Shown: positions 1 to 10,820 of the stretch, one piece after another
Layout: each line of letters opens with the position of its first letter
Numbering within the stretch: position 1 is the stretch's first letter
NCBI RefSeq assembly: GCF_001194135.2
Contig: NC_068984.1
Location: forward strand, 29,293,329-29,357,328
DNA: 64,000 bases
Source: Octopus bimaculoides
Taxonomy: Eukaryota
Reading direction: 5' to 3'
The notes under the pieces: model-generated
Told to the model about the DNA's origin: nothing
Seen by the model: the letters and a program-made list of their open reading frames with translations, nothing else
Databases searched by the model: none
Translations under genes and position numbers: made by a program

Positions 1-261
1 TAGCAAGCAATTCTTGACAATGTTCACGTCAGACTCGAATAAACTCTCACTTTTGATATAAGCACCTCCTCATACACACACACATGCACGTAGACATGCA
101 TACAGACATAGAAGCGTTGCCTGGTTTTAAAGATGGGGAGCGAGCACGTAAAAATGGGCGCGGTGACATATACCAAACAATTTTCAACCCATTTCTCTTA
201 TATTACATGAAATATTTCATTACTTATAATATACGCAATTGTATTCAGCATTAATTAATAT

Positions 262-435
262 TGCAGTTCTATATTTAAGAGATGAGGAATCATGTACATT
301 ATTTACATTTGACGGATATTTGTCCTCATCTTGTTTGTTGTTAACACAACGTTTCGGCTGATATACCCTCCAGACTTCATCAGGTGACTTGGGGAAATTT
401 CGAACCTGGGTTCTCATTCCTAAGGTATTTTTCGA

Positions 436-472
<37 letters not shown>

Positions 473-563
473 ATTATTATTATTATTATTATTATCCAGG
501 TCACTGCCTGGAATCGAACTCGGAATCTTGGGGTTAGTAGCCCGCGCTCTTAACCACTACGCC
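262..563 (-). mobile_element. Left arm of inverted pair: tRNA-like Pol III head + (TAA)n + Penelope-like tail with hammerhead motif
   Basis: On the minus strand: head GGCGTAGTGGTTAAGAGCGCGGGCTACTAACCCCAAGATTCCGAGTTCGATTCC (563->497) with A and B boxes, then (TAA)n, then a tail that is the reverse complement of about 960-1117. Confidence 0.8.
343..388 (-). ncRNA. Minimal type I hammerhead ribozyme motif
   Basis: Minus strand reads CAC-CUGAUGA-A-GUCUG-GAGGGUAUAU-CAGCC-GAAAC-GUU-GUG: intact core, stem I CAC/GUG, stem II with one U.C mismatch, ultra-short palindromic stem III as in Penelope hammerheads. Confidence 0.65.
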
Positions 564-698
564 CGGATATATGGCGCAGTGGTTAAGAGCGCGGGCTACT
601 AACCCTAAGATTCCGAGTTCGATTCCAGACAGTAACCTGAATACTACTACTACTACTTCTACTACAACTACTACTACTACTACTACTANNNNNNNNNN

Positions 699-732
<34 letters not shown>

Positions 733-804
733 TCACTGCCTGGAATCGAACTCGGAATCTTGGGGTTAGTAGCCCGCGCTCTTAACCACTACGCCCGGAT
801 ATAT

Positions 805-898
805 GGCGCAGTGGTTAAGAGCGCGGGCTACTAACCCTAAGATTCCGAGTTCGATTCCAGACAGTAACCTGAATACTACTACTACTACTTCTACTACA

Positions 899-950
<52 letters not shown>

Positions 951-1117
951 ATAATAATAATGATAACATCGAAAAATATCTTAGGAATGAGAACCCAGGT
1001 TCGAAATTTCCCCAAGTCACCTGATGAAGTCTGGAGGGTATATCAGCCGAAACGTTGTGTTAACAACAAATAAGATGAGGACAAATATCCGTCAAATGTA
1101 AATAATGTAAATAATGT
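805..1117 (+). mobile_element. Right arm of inverted pair: tRNA-like head + (TAC)n/(TAA)n + Penelope-like tail with hammerhead motif
   Basis: A box TGGCGCAGTGG (804-814), B box GAGTTCGATTCC (847-858), microsatellite, then tail to about 1117. The block 497-688 is repeated at about 729-920 across a 10-N gap. Confidence 0.8.
1016..1061 (+). ncRNA. Minimal type I hammerhead ribozyme motif
   Basis: CAC(1018-1020) CTGATGA(1021-1027) A GTCTG(1029-1033) loop CAGCC(1044-1048) GAAAC(1049-1053) GTT GTG(1057-1059). Confidence 0.65.
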
Positions 1118-1270
1118 ATTAATTAATATCTTGTGTTATGTTTCATTAACAATGTCATTATGTATAAAACTTACAACTACTGATGTAGGTGTGACGCGAA
1201 AAAGATGAGATTTCACGGGATCATTCAGTATCGAGAGATTATGACGTTAGGATATGTTTTCGTTCTTCAG

Positions 1271-1329
1271 ATGTCTGCAGCTACCAACACGTCACAGGAG
1301 ATTGAGCAGACAGTTCAAAAACTCTGGAG
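1271..1329 (+). CDS. Candidate 59-nt exon (MSAATNTSQEIEQTVQKLW), gene unknown
   Basis: Acceptor GTTTTCGTTCTTCAG| at 1270, donor AG|GTTAGT at 1330, non-repetitive sequence, two frames open. No homology recognised. Confidence 0.3.
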
Positions 1330-1922
1330 GTTAGTCAAATAAAGTAATGACTCCAGAAAATTCTTTCACGATAATACGAGTATCAAATAAAAAGAAACAA
1401 ATGAGCTCGACTTTTATCGCATAGGTGAACTAAAGAGGTAAAAAAAAAATATTGCTGAAAAGGCGCCAGTTTTGAAAAATATGCTTGGTGGGAGCAGTCA
1501 GTCCCTTGCCGACCCCGCCTTAGCTACACCACTGTACCCACATAAGGTTTCTAACAACTAAATTTCATTCACATGAAAGTCTAAAAAGAAAATGCGCAAA
1601 TCAGAGGTATCAACCATTTCGATCAAACTAATGTTTAATATTCTATTTGTTCCTATACGAAAACAATTTGTTTTGCATTTAATTCATATTTTCCTCTTCA
1701 TCACATCATTTGAACTGGCTTCAAAGCTGTCTCGTGTTGGCTGATCATTAGACACCATTAGATACATTTTGTTTTATTTATTTATTTATTTTTGGTGAAG
1801 AGAACTTATAAAACACGCAATTTGATATCGTATTATAATTTTTGCTTGTTACTCAGTTAGCAAGTTAGCACGTGCGTTACGTTCTGTTGGACAGTTAGCT
1901 CTAAAAATTAGTATTATTATTA

Positions 1923-2110
1923 AAGGCGACGAGTAGGCAGACTCGTTAGCAAACCGAACAACTTGTTCCGAATTGATGTTCTGCTTTCAAATTCTGCCAA
2001 GGTCGACTTTACTTTCGATTCAATAAATAAGCAACAAGTGACCATTGGAGTTGATATAATCGACTAACTCCCTTTCCATAAAAATTTCTGTTATTATTAT
2101 TATTATTATT
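1923..2110 (+). mobile_element. tRNA-derived SINE family C (AAGGCGGCGAGCTGGCAGAA head, (TTA)n tail), diverged
   Basis: AAGGCGACGAGTAGGCAGACTCGTTAGCA...TTCAAATTCTGCCAAGGTCGACTTT, ending in (TTA)n. Matches many other copies in the window. Confidence 0.75.
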
Positions 2111-2266
2111 TTTTTTTTTTCTTTTGCTTTTAATAGAAATGATTATTATATCCTCGTAGCATGGTGGTTATTTGCCTCTGAAACAAGTAAGGTGGCTGAT
2201 TGAAGAAGAAATTAAAATGTTTCCCAATTTGTTTCGTTAACACCGGCCTATGTTGCCGTCATTATA

Positions 2267-2393
2267 CAGGATGTACACAAAGTTTGGGTACATGGAGCAA
2301 ATAAAATCATAACATAAACAATTAAATATAAGAGATAGTAATTTCTTAGAGTATGTGTTAATCCCCATGTACCCAGACTTTGTGGACACCCTG
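2267..2393. mobile_element. Tc1/mariner-type MITE, 127 bp
   Basis: TIRs CAGGATGTACACAAAGTTTGGGTACATGG / CCATGTACCCAGACTTTGTGGACACCCTG, flanked by TA at 2265-2266 and 2394-2395. Confidence 0.8.
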
Positions 2394-2854
2394 TATAATT
2401 GATGCGTATATCTTATTGTTGTTGTTTAGCCAGAATACTGCCTTGATCGAGTAAACCAATGATCAAACGTTTTCAAGACGTGACCATCCTTGTGTAGCAG
2501 GGCCTAAATTGTTTACTGAAGTACATTGATGTAGATACGTAAGCATAATCTGGTGAATTGTTATAACGTGGGTAACAATGCCGTGTGGTGTTTATTTACA
2601 GCGCTTTACGTTTTGTGCTCAAATCCTGCCGTGGTCAGCTTGCCTTTAATCTTCTGGAGCCGATAAAATAAGTTCTTTTTGTACGTCGGAATCGATATAA
2701 TCAAATATTCTGCTCCTTCAACACTTCAAAAAATCAATAAGATTGATCACTTATTAATAGAAACTTCCGATCAAATGGGTGAAGTAATTGACTCTATTTA
2801 TCTGCAGTAATCTGTGACGATATAAATAGTAATATTGATTTCTTACATAGGAAC

Positions 2855-3240
2855 TAAATATCAAGTTTGGGAAAGGAGTTAATCGATACCATTGACCCTA
2901 GTACTTGCAGGTACTTTCTTTTATCGAACCCGAAAGGATGAAGAGTAACGTCGGTGGGATTTCGACTCAGAACGTCGAGATCCGGAATAAATACTGCAAT
3001 GTAGCTTGTCTGACACCCTAATGATACCGGAAGTAATATTGGTTTCAAATTTCAGTACAAGGCTAGCAATTTCGGGGTCGATTACATCGACCACAGTGCT
3101 CAACTGGTATTCATTTTATCGACCTGAAATGATGAAAATCAACCTCGGTAGAATTTGCACTCAGAACGTAAAGACGGACGAAATACCGCTAAGCATTTTT
3201 CTCGGCGTTCAAACGATTCCGCCAGCCCGCCGCCTTAATT
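2855..3240 (-). mobile_element. Two tandem partial SINE family C copies
   Basis: Repeated core TTTTATCGA(A)CCCGAAAGGATGAA...ACTCAGAACGT at about 2920 and 3115; the second ends ...CAGCCCGCCGCCTT. Confidence 0.75.
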
Positions 3241-3291
3241 CCGGAAGTAATATTGTTCATCATATGTAAATGTAGACACGTGAAGTGCACA

Positions 3292-3404
<113 letters not shown>

Positions 3405-4214
3405 CTTATATCTATGAGCGTTGATATTTGACTGTTTGTCTCTAAACAATACTGCGGATCCTCAACAATTATTGATCAAAATTTGCATACATCTCTAAAC
3501 TGCTCTCTCAATAATGCACGAAAGGAAAAAAAGTCGTATTGAAGGTCTCCCTGGGGAAATATCTGTACATTTGTAATGCGTATTCTCAACTGAACAAACA
3601 TACAATTGTATTATATATATACCTACGAGTTCGACAAGCTATCAGTATGACAGCAACAGTTGATAGATATAATTATATGTACATAGTCTTTTTCGATTTC
3701 TGATTTTCAATGAACACATCATTACGAATACGATTGTTCTTTAATAGTTAGAAACTAAAGTTTAATAACTTGCAAAGAAATTTAGCGATTTAAGTTTAAC
3801 TAAATGCAAAAACAACAAAAACTAAAAACAAACAGCTTCCCACTCGTCTGGCAAACCGGAAAATGCTGTGCATATATAGAAATCAAAATTCAGTTCAATG
3901 CTTATTTCCCGACTCAATTTTTTCATAACTTTCTTAATGCATACTTTTTTAATGAAATTTTGCCTATTCAAACGTGCTCCCTAACAGTTTTGTTCAGTCA
4001 CGAATTTCTTAATAATGTATATTTTTATAACATTTATCCGATATACATTCTTGAAGGCGTAAATCACGATTACGTTAATGAAAATTTTAAAAAGAATCAT
4101 TTTTGTTTCAATGCAGAAAAGAAAAACAACAGTAAAACAATCCAGAGCTTTTTAATCATTGCAACTCTACTGAAATATAAATACAGAGCAACAATGTTTA
4201 CTACTCTATATTTT

Positions 4215-4245
<31 letters not shown>

Positions 4246-6343
4246 TATATATATATAATAAAGTAAAGTTGTGGAATACCGTACGAGTGGAAATATATAT
4301 GAAAGAAGGTTTGAAAATGCACTTATTTTAAAGATATTTATTTACTTAACCGGTTTGACTTTTTTAGAAATGTGTTTGAATTGTCCTTGTGGTGCGTGTG
4401 TGTGTGTGTNNNNNNNNNNNNNNNNNNNNNNNNNNNNNNNNNNNNNNNNNNNNNNNNNNNNNNNNNNNNNNNNNNNNNNNNNNNNNNNNNNNNNNNNNNN
4501 NNNNNNNNNNNNNNNNNNNNNNNNNNNNNNNNNNNNNNNNNNNNNNNNNNNNNNNNNNNNNNNNNNNNNNNNNNNNNNNNNNNNNNNNNNNNNNNNNNNN
4601 NNNNNNNNNNNNNNNNNNNNNNNNNNNNNNNNNNNNNNNNNNNNNNNNNNNNNNNNNNNNNNNNNNNNNNNNNNNNNNNNNNNNNNNNNNNNNNNNNNNN
4701 NNNNNNNNNNNNNNNNNNNNNNNNNNNNNNNNNNNNNNNNNNNNNNNNNNNNNNNNNNNNNNNNNNNNNNNNNNNNNNNNNNNNNNNNNNNNNNNNNNNN
4801 NNNNNNNNNNNNNNNNNNNNNNNNNNNNNNNNNNNNNNNNNNNNNNNNNNNNNNNNNNNNNNNNNNNNNNNNNNNNNNNNNNNNNNNNNNNNNNNNNNNN
4901 NNNNNNNNNNNNNNNNNATGTGTGTGTACATATGTATGCAAATATGCGTGTGTGAATATGATTTGTGGTTGCCGGAGTGGTGTGTAGGTGTGTGCATGTA
5001 CCTGTTTACTTATGTGTGTATGGGTGTTGGTTGTGGTTGCTACAATTGTATTGTAAGTGTATATATGCGTGTGTTAAACGCACTCACGCACACACACGAA
5101 CAAACACATATACACATACACACACATGCGCACACACAACGCCCTAACAAATATTAATCACACACATACACACTCACACAAACGTGCACACACATACATA
5201 CACCATCCTACCATAGATAAAACACACACACACTCTCATACACATGCCACACACGCACACATACAGACATACACATACATATGAACCATCACACACATAC
5301 AGTTGCTTACACACAGACACACACACACACGCACACACACACACACACACACACACNNNNNNNNNNNNNNNNNNNNNNNNNNNNNNNNNNNNNNNNNNNN
5401 NNNNNNNNNNNNNNNNNNNNNNNNNNNNNNNNNNNNNNNNNNNNNNNNNNNNNNNNNNNNNNNNNNNNNNNNNNNNNNNNNNNNNNNNNNNNNNNNNNNN
5501 NNNNNNNNNNNNNNNNNNNNNNNNNNNNNNNNNNNNNNNNNNNNNNNNNNNNNNNNNNNNNNNNNNNNNNNNNNNNNNNNNNNNNNNNNNNNNNNNNNNN
5601 NNNNNNNNNNNNNNNNNNNNNNNNNNNNNNNNNNNNNNNNNNNNNNNNNNNNNNNNNNNNNNNNNNNNNNNNNNNNNNNNNNNNNNNNNNNNNNNNNNNN
5701 NNNNNNNNNNNNNNNNNNNNNNNNNNNNNNNNNNNNNNNNNNNNNNNNNNNNNNNNNNNNNNNNNNNNNNNNNNNNNNNNNNNNNNNNNNNNNNNNNNNN
5801 NNNNNNNNNNNNNNNNNNNNNNNNNNNNNNNNNNNNNNNNNNNNNNNNNNNNNNNNNNNNNNNNNNNNNNNNNNNNNNNNNNNNNNNNNNNNNNNNNNNN
5901 NNNNNNNNNNNNNNNNNNNNNNNNNNNNNNNNNNNNNNNNNNNNNNNNNNNNNNNNNNNNNNNNNNNNNNNNNNNNNNNNNNNNNNNNNNNNNNNNNNNN
6001 NNNNNNNNNNNNNNNNNNNNNNNNNNNNNNNNNNNNNNNNNNNNNNNNNNNNNNNNNNNNNNNNNNNNNNNNNNNNNNNNNNNNNNNNNNNNNNNNNNNN
6101 NNNNNNNNNNNNNNNNNNNNNNNNNNNNNNNNNNNNNNNNNNNNNNNNNNNNNNNNNNNNNNNNNNNNNNNNNNNNNNNNNNNNNNNNNNNNNNNNNNNN
6201 NNNNNNNNNNNNNNNNNNNNNNNNNNNNNNNNNNNNNNNNNNNNNNNNNNNNNNNNNNNNNNNNNNNNNNNNNNNNNNNNNNNNNNNNNNNNNNNNNNNN
6301 NNNNNNNNNNNNNNNNNNNNNNNNNNNNNNNNNNNNNNNNNNN

Positions 6344-6385
<42 letters not shown>

Positions 6386-6654
6386 TATATAGGGGCATTA
6401 CTATACAATAACGCCTCACGCTAAGAGGGACCCCAGAAGTCAAACTGCTATAATAAGCACATTTTTACCGATCGCGAGGGAATGCAACTCTCAATGTTAA
6501 CCTCCTAAAAACTTTTAACGTAACGGTAAACCAATGGTTTCATAATCAACACAGTAACCTGCATCTTTTATGCATCAGTACACGTATGGTCAAGACACAT
6601 AAAAATAAACATAAATCAATATACTCGACGAACACTCCATTTATTCAGCATATT

Positions 6655-7006
6655 GTTGTTGTTGTTGTTGTTGGCACTCCGTCACTTACGACGTCGAGGG
6701 CTCCAGTTGATCCAATCAACGGAACAACCTGTCCGTGAAATTAACGTGCAAGTAGCTGAGCACTCCACAGACACGTGTAGCCTTAACGTAGTCCTCGGGG
6801 ATATTCAGCGTGACACAGTGTGACAAGGCTGACCCTTTGAATTACAGGCACAACAGAAACAGGAAGTAATAGTGAGAGAAAGTTGTGGTGAAAGAGTACA
6901 GCAGGGTTCACCACCATCCCCTGCTGGAGCCTCGTGGAGCTTTAGGTGTTTTCACTCAATAAACACTCACAACGCCCGGTCTGATAATCGAAACCGCGAT
7001 CCTATG
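6655..7006 (-). mobile_element. tRNA-derived SINE family A, head truncated by gap
   Basis: Near-identical to the full copies at 19829-20215, 58827-59207 and 62238-62626; (CAA)n tail. Confidence 0.85.
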
Positions 7007-8630
7007 NNNNNNNNNNNNNNNNNNNNNNNNNNNNNNNNNNNNNNNNNNNNNNNNNNNNNNNNNNNNNNNNNNNNNNNNNNNNNNNNNNNNNNNNNNNNNN
7101 NNNNNNNNNNNNNNNNNNNNNNNNNNNNNNNNNNNNNNNNNNNNNNNNNNNNNNNNNNNNNNNNNNNNNNNNNNNNNNNNNNNNNNNNNNNNNNNNNNNN
7201 NNNNNNNNNNNNNNNNNNNNNNNNNNNNNNNNNNNNNNNNNNNNNNNNNNNNNNNNNNNNNNNNNNNNNNNNNNNNNNNNNNNNNNNNNNNNNNNNNNNN
7301 NNNNNNNNNNNNNNTATATATATATATATATCTTCATATGGTGCTATATGTAAATTCTAATTGAACTTTATGTTGACACTGTTTTTGCAAACTGTTGATG
7401 AAATGTCAAATGTTAGGTTTCCAAGTCTGCCCCAAACGATTACTCCTTAAACAAATTCAAAGAAGAGAGCAATGAGTTGAATTGTTGAGGAATACAAAAA
7501 CTCAAGAATTTCTATCGCTTCTCTTCGTCTGAGAATGAGAAAAAGAATGGAAGTGATACTGTCATTTTGGCTGTAAGCATGAACTTTAGATCCTATCCCG
7601 AACATAGTGAACGAACAGTATGGATGAAATGTCTGTTGTTGCTATAGAAATAGGAAACTTGATGTCCTGTTACTTATTAACTATGTATTTGCTTTTTTGT
7701 TTGAGTAGACACTTTATTTTATGTGTATTACTCCACTCGACTGTCAATTATAGATAGCAGATTTATTGGACGGAATGACGTGACTGAAAAATCAAAGACA
7801 AAATGGATAAAGGATTGCTAATACCATTCTTACATACATACATACATACCATTATATCTGTGTGCGTGCGTGCGTGCGTGTGTGTGAGAGTGTGTGTGTG
7901 TGTGTGTGTGTGTGTGAGTGTGTGTGTGTGTGTGTATGTGTATTAATTGATAAATACTTATGAGGAAACGTCAACTCCATCTGTACAGCGGTGATTTGTA
8001 TGAATGTTGGGATTTCTGGAGACATAACATCATAAGTCGCTTAGCTGATAACATAACGTCTCATCACTTTGCACAATTATAGACAGTTCTTGCTTTTATT
8101 ATGAATACTAAATGAAAAACGAAGAGCAATTATATATATGCTCATTCATGCGATGCGTGAAACTGTTCATTTCCCTAATATACTGAGTCAGCAAAATGCT
8201 TCCGATTCTATATTGATATTTTCGCTGTACACAGCCACAAATGTCTTAGGAAACGGAAAGGACTTTTAACGCTGCATTTCTTCCAACGCCTACGGCCACT
8301 CGGCCTACTATAGTTTGGGCGGTTGAATTTATCCATCACATGGGTATCTGTAGGTTAAATTAATCCATTACACTAGGTAGTAATACAGCTATTAACTATT
8401 CGTAGAAAGCCTTCGATTTCAGAATAGCTCCATGTATTTGGAGGACGTGCAATGAAAATTATGGGTATTACTTGTCCTCTTCTCACCAAACAATGGAAAG
8501 AATATAAATAGGGTTTTCTGAGGAACTTTATATATTATTCGGAGTGATGTTCTCACCTTGGTTGTTGTTTTCACTACGTTTGGGATGTGTACACTCCAGG
8601 TTTTTTCGGGCGTCATGTGATTAACATTAG

Positions 8631-8706
8631 TACCTTGCCTGAGATTGAACCTGTAGATGACTGCACTGCATTAACTAGCGTCTTTATCCCTTCATCCACT
8701 ACACCG
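8631..8706 (-). mobile_element. Decayed tRNA-like SINE head
   Basis: Minus strand GGTGTAGTGG...GGTTCAATCTCAGGCAAGG has A- and B-box-like motifs resembling the heads at 497-563. Confidence 0.45.
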
Positions 8707-8803
8707 TGCCCGTAATCAGTGTCACAGTGAATTTTTAACGTTTATAAACCTTCATTGATGTGTTATGTCAATCCCAGGCAATGCACTATGCTCAATTACA
8801 AGA

Positions 8804-8844
8804 CACCTGAAGAAGACTGGAGCGTACAGAGCCGAAACGTAGTG
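8804..8844 (+). ncRNA. Diverged hammerhead ribozyme motif
   Basis: CAC CTGAAGA A GACTGGAGCGTACAGAGCC GAAAC GTA GTG: core and stem I intact, stem II degraded; related to 1016-1061. Confidence 0.5.
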
Positions 8845-9042
8845 AAAGTGACAATCAATATGAGGACACCACTCGAACTAATACATAATATGTAACTAGA
8901 TTTTGCTTATCGTTAAATACTAAAGAGCTTAAATATCCATGAATATAATGACCGAACGATGTTGGTCCACCACAAAGAAATATTGCTTTATATGTGTCCA
9001 TACCCACCAGAAAACGACAGACCGGACAACTGTGTATCAAGA

Positions 9043-9180
9043 CGGCGAATTAGCGGAGTCGTTAAGGAGTCGAATAGAAAACTTTACGACATTTATTTCA
9101 AATTGCTGTTCTCTGTGTGTTCCCATTACGCCGGGGTCGACTTTGCTTTTTATCTTTTCGGACTGGATAAAAAAAGGTTC
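9043..9180 (+). mobile_element. SINE family C, diverged
   Basis: ACGGCGAATTAGCGGAGTCGTTAAG...GGGGTCGACTTTGCTTTTTATCTTTTCGG matches family C. Confidence 0.6.
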
Positions 9181-9310
9181 TAGCCTAGAGCGGTGGATTA
9201 GCGGACTGTAAGAAGGATGGGCCGGATTCCTTGGACGATTTTATTGTGATCTTCAGTATTCTCTTGTCGTAATATACTATATATATATTTAGCCCGGGTG
9301 ACGCATTTAG

Positions 9311-9409
9311 ATATCCTGAAGCCAGAAACCAGACGAGAATGGCTACAACAGAACAGGTGAAGCCTATTCTGTTGTAACCATTCAAGTCTGGCTTCTGGCT
9401 TCAGGATAT
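9311..9409. repeat. 47-bp-stem inverted repeat with 5-nt loop (mini-MITE or pre-miRNA-like)
   Basis: Arms 9311-9357 and 9363-9409 pair at 42/47 positions; loop TGAAG. Confidence 0.9.
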
Positions 9410-9483
9410 TTTTTTTCTTTCTCACCCGTTTCAGTGGCATTATTACAGGTCACGAAGAGTCACTTCTTTCCCGACTACATATA

Positions 9484-10006
9484 CAGTAATGCCTCAATGT
9501 ACTAGTTAATTTCTTCCGGAGACTGTTCGTAAAGCGAAAACTCGTAAAGCAGAGCAATAATTTCCCCATAGTAGCAATGCTATATATTGTAATTCGTTCC
9601 CAGAAAAAATATTTTACCAACAAAATTTATAATACTCGTAAATAAATGGCAATAAAACAACAGTAGAATGTAAAGAATATTTTAGGTAAAGTGAAAAGAA
9701 TGTCAAGATCATTTATAATAAAAAATATCATTATTATAATTGTTTTATGAATCACTTTCACTTGCACAAGACTCGTGCACACCATCACTTATAGATGCGA
9801 TCGTAGACAGACAGGTAGATTTCTTTTTAAAAAACAAGTCTAGAGTCGTTTGATTAGAAGAAGCTTTTTTTTTTCGTTCTCATTAATTTTTCCGGTGACA
9901 TTTGTTATGGTAATAGAAACTTGTTATGCTTTTATGTTTATTATAAAATAAAACTCGTAAACCTGAGGTCTCGTAAAGCGGATGCTCGTAAATTGAAGCA
10001 TTTCTA
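9484..10006. mobile_element. Tigger/pogo-like MITE, decayed
   Basis: TA-CAGTAATGCCTCAATGTAC at the left end and CTCGTAAATTGAAGCATTTCTA at the right end; internal repeated CTCGTAAA motifs. Confidence 0.55.
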
Positions 10007-10081
10007 TCCCCCTCCCCCTCCCTCCCTACTACCTACCTACCTACCTACCTACCTACATATATGCATACGTACTAGCATACC

Positions 10082-10335
10082 ATCATTGCTATTATGTTAA
10101 ACTGTTGTATGTCCAAATTTGGCCAAATGCGTTTTTTTGTTTTCAAAATTTATTTTTGCTTGCTATAGCCGGTTCTTTTGGCCAAACTATCGCATCTCCA
10201 GCTGCTCAGATGCTAAGATATCAAAAATTGTCATAGTGTAGTACAACGATTTTGCTATGAAATGGTGAAACTATTTTTTCGGTTTCTGAAAAAGCAACAT
10301 TTTGGACTTACGACATTTTACATAATAGCAACGAT
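10082..10335. mobile_element. MITE with about 38-bp imperfect TIRs
   Basis: ATCATTGCTATTATGTTAAACTGTTGTATGTCCAAAT versus reverse complement of the right end, ATCGTTGCTATTATGTAAAATGTCGTAAGTCCAAATG. Confidence 0.6.
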
Positions 10336-10670
10336 ATATTTTTTGCTGAATCAGCCATTGATTCATATGGTAAATGCTGGTATCTAGCTGGGATCTAGCC
10401 AAACTATCAGAGATGGAGTAGTCAAGACTGATGAGCTAAGCGATACTAGCTAGATAATATAGGGACCTCGCTTGCTGTTGGGCAGTTATCTTCACTGTCA
10501 GTGCATAGACATGTACTTCTTTGCGGCTATAAGGGTCTTCGACTCTTGTTTCTAGCAATGTAGGTGCTAGCCCTCCTCGTCATTCACTATTAGTAACAAC
10601 TGAAATTTTCCTTTTTGACTTTTTATTGCGTGTAGCCGCCTTCGTTATTTTATGCATACATGCATACATG

Positions 10671-10722
<52 letters not shown>

Positions 10723-10760
10723 TATATATAATAAATAACAACGGAAGCAGTATCAATTCT

Positions 10761-10820
10761 AAAAAGCAATCTTTATATCCAACTTAACGTGGATGTTAAG
10801 GTGGACGTAGAGATTGCCTT
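10761..10820. repeat. Short hairpin form of the foldback family also at 44341-44528
   Basis: AAAAAGCAATCTTTATATCCAACTTAAC-GTGGAT-GTTAAGGTGGACGTAGAGATTGCCTT; same leader (..GAAGCAGTA..CTAAAAAG) as the 44.3-kb copy. Confidence 0.6.

Noticed and set aside
497-920. Apparent four tRNA-like genes / tandem duplication of the central inverted block
   Set aside because: The two 232-bp-offset copies are identical and separated by a 10-N gap inside microsatellites, most likely unmerged contig overlap. The heads lack an acceptor stem, so they are SINE heads and not tRNA genes.
3804-4331. 175-aa ORF
   Set aside because: Very AT-rich, F/N/I/Y-biased, includes (TA)n, no recognisable motif; a chance ORF or non-coding TE interior.
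4271-6443. Long ORFs of 200-380 aa (also at 21.2, 26.3, 30.5, 41.8, 52.2, 54.3 and 59.9 kb)
   Set aside because: They are open only because N runs contain no stop codons; the flanks are dinucleotide repeats.
10422-10450. CTGATGAGCTAAGCGATAC hammerhead-like string
   Set aside because: GATAC replaces GAAAC, and no stem I or cleavage triplet can be formed.
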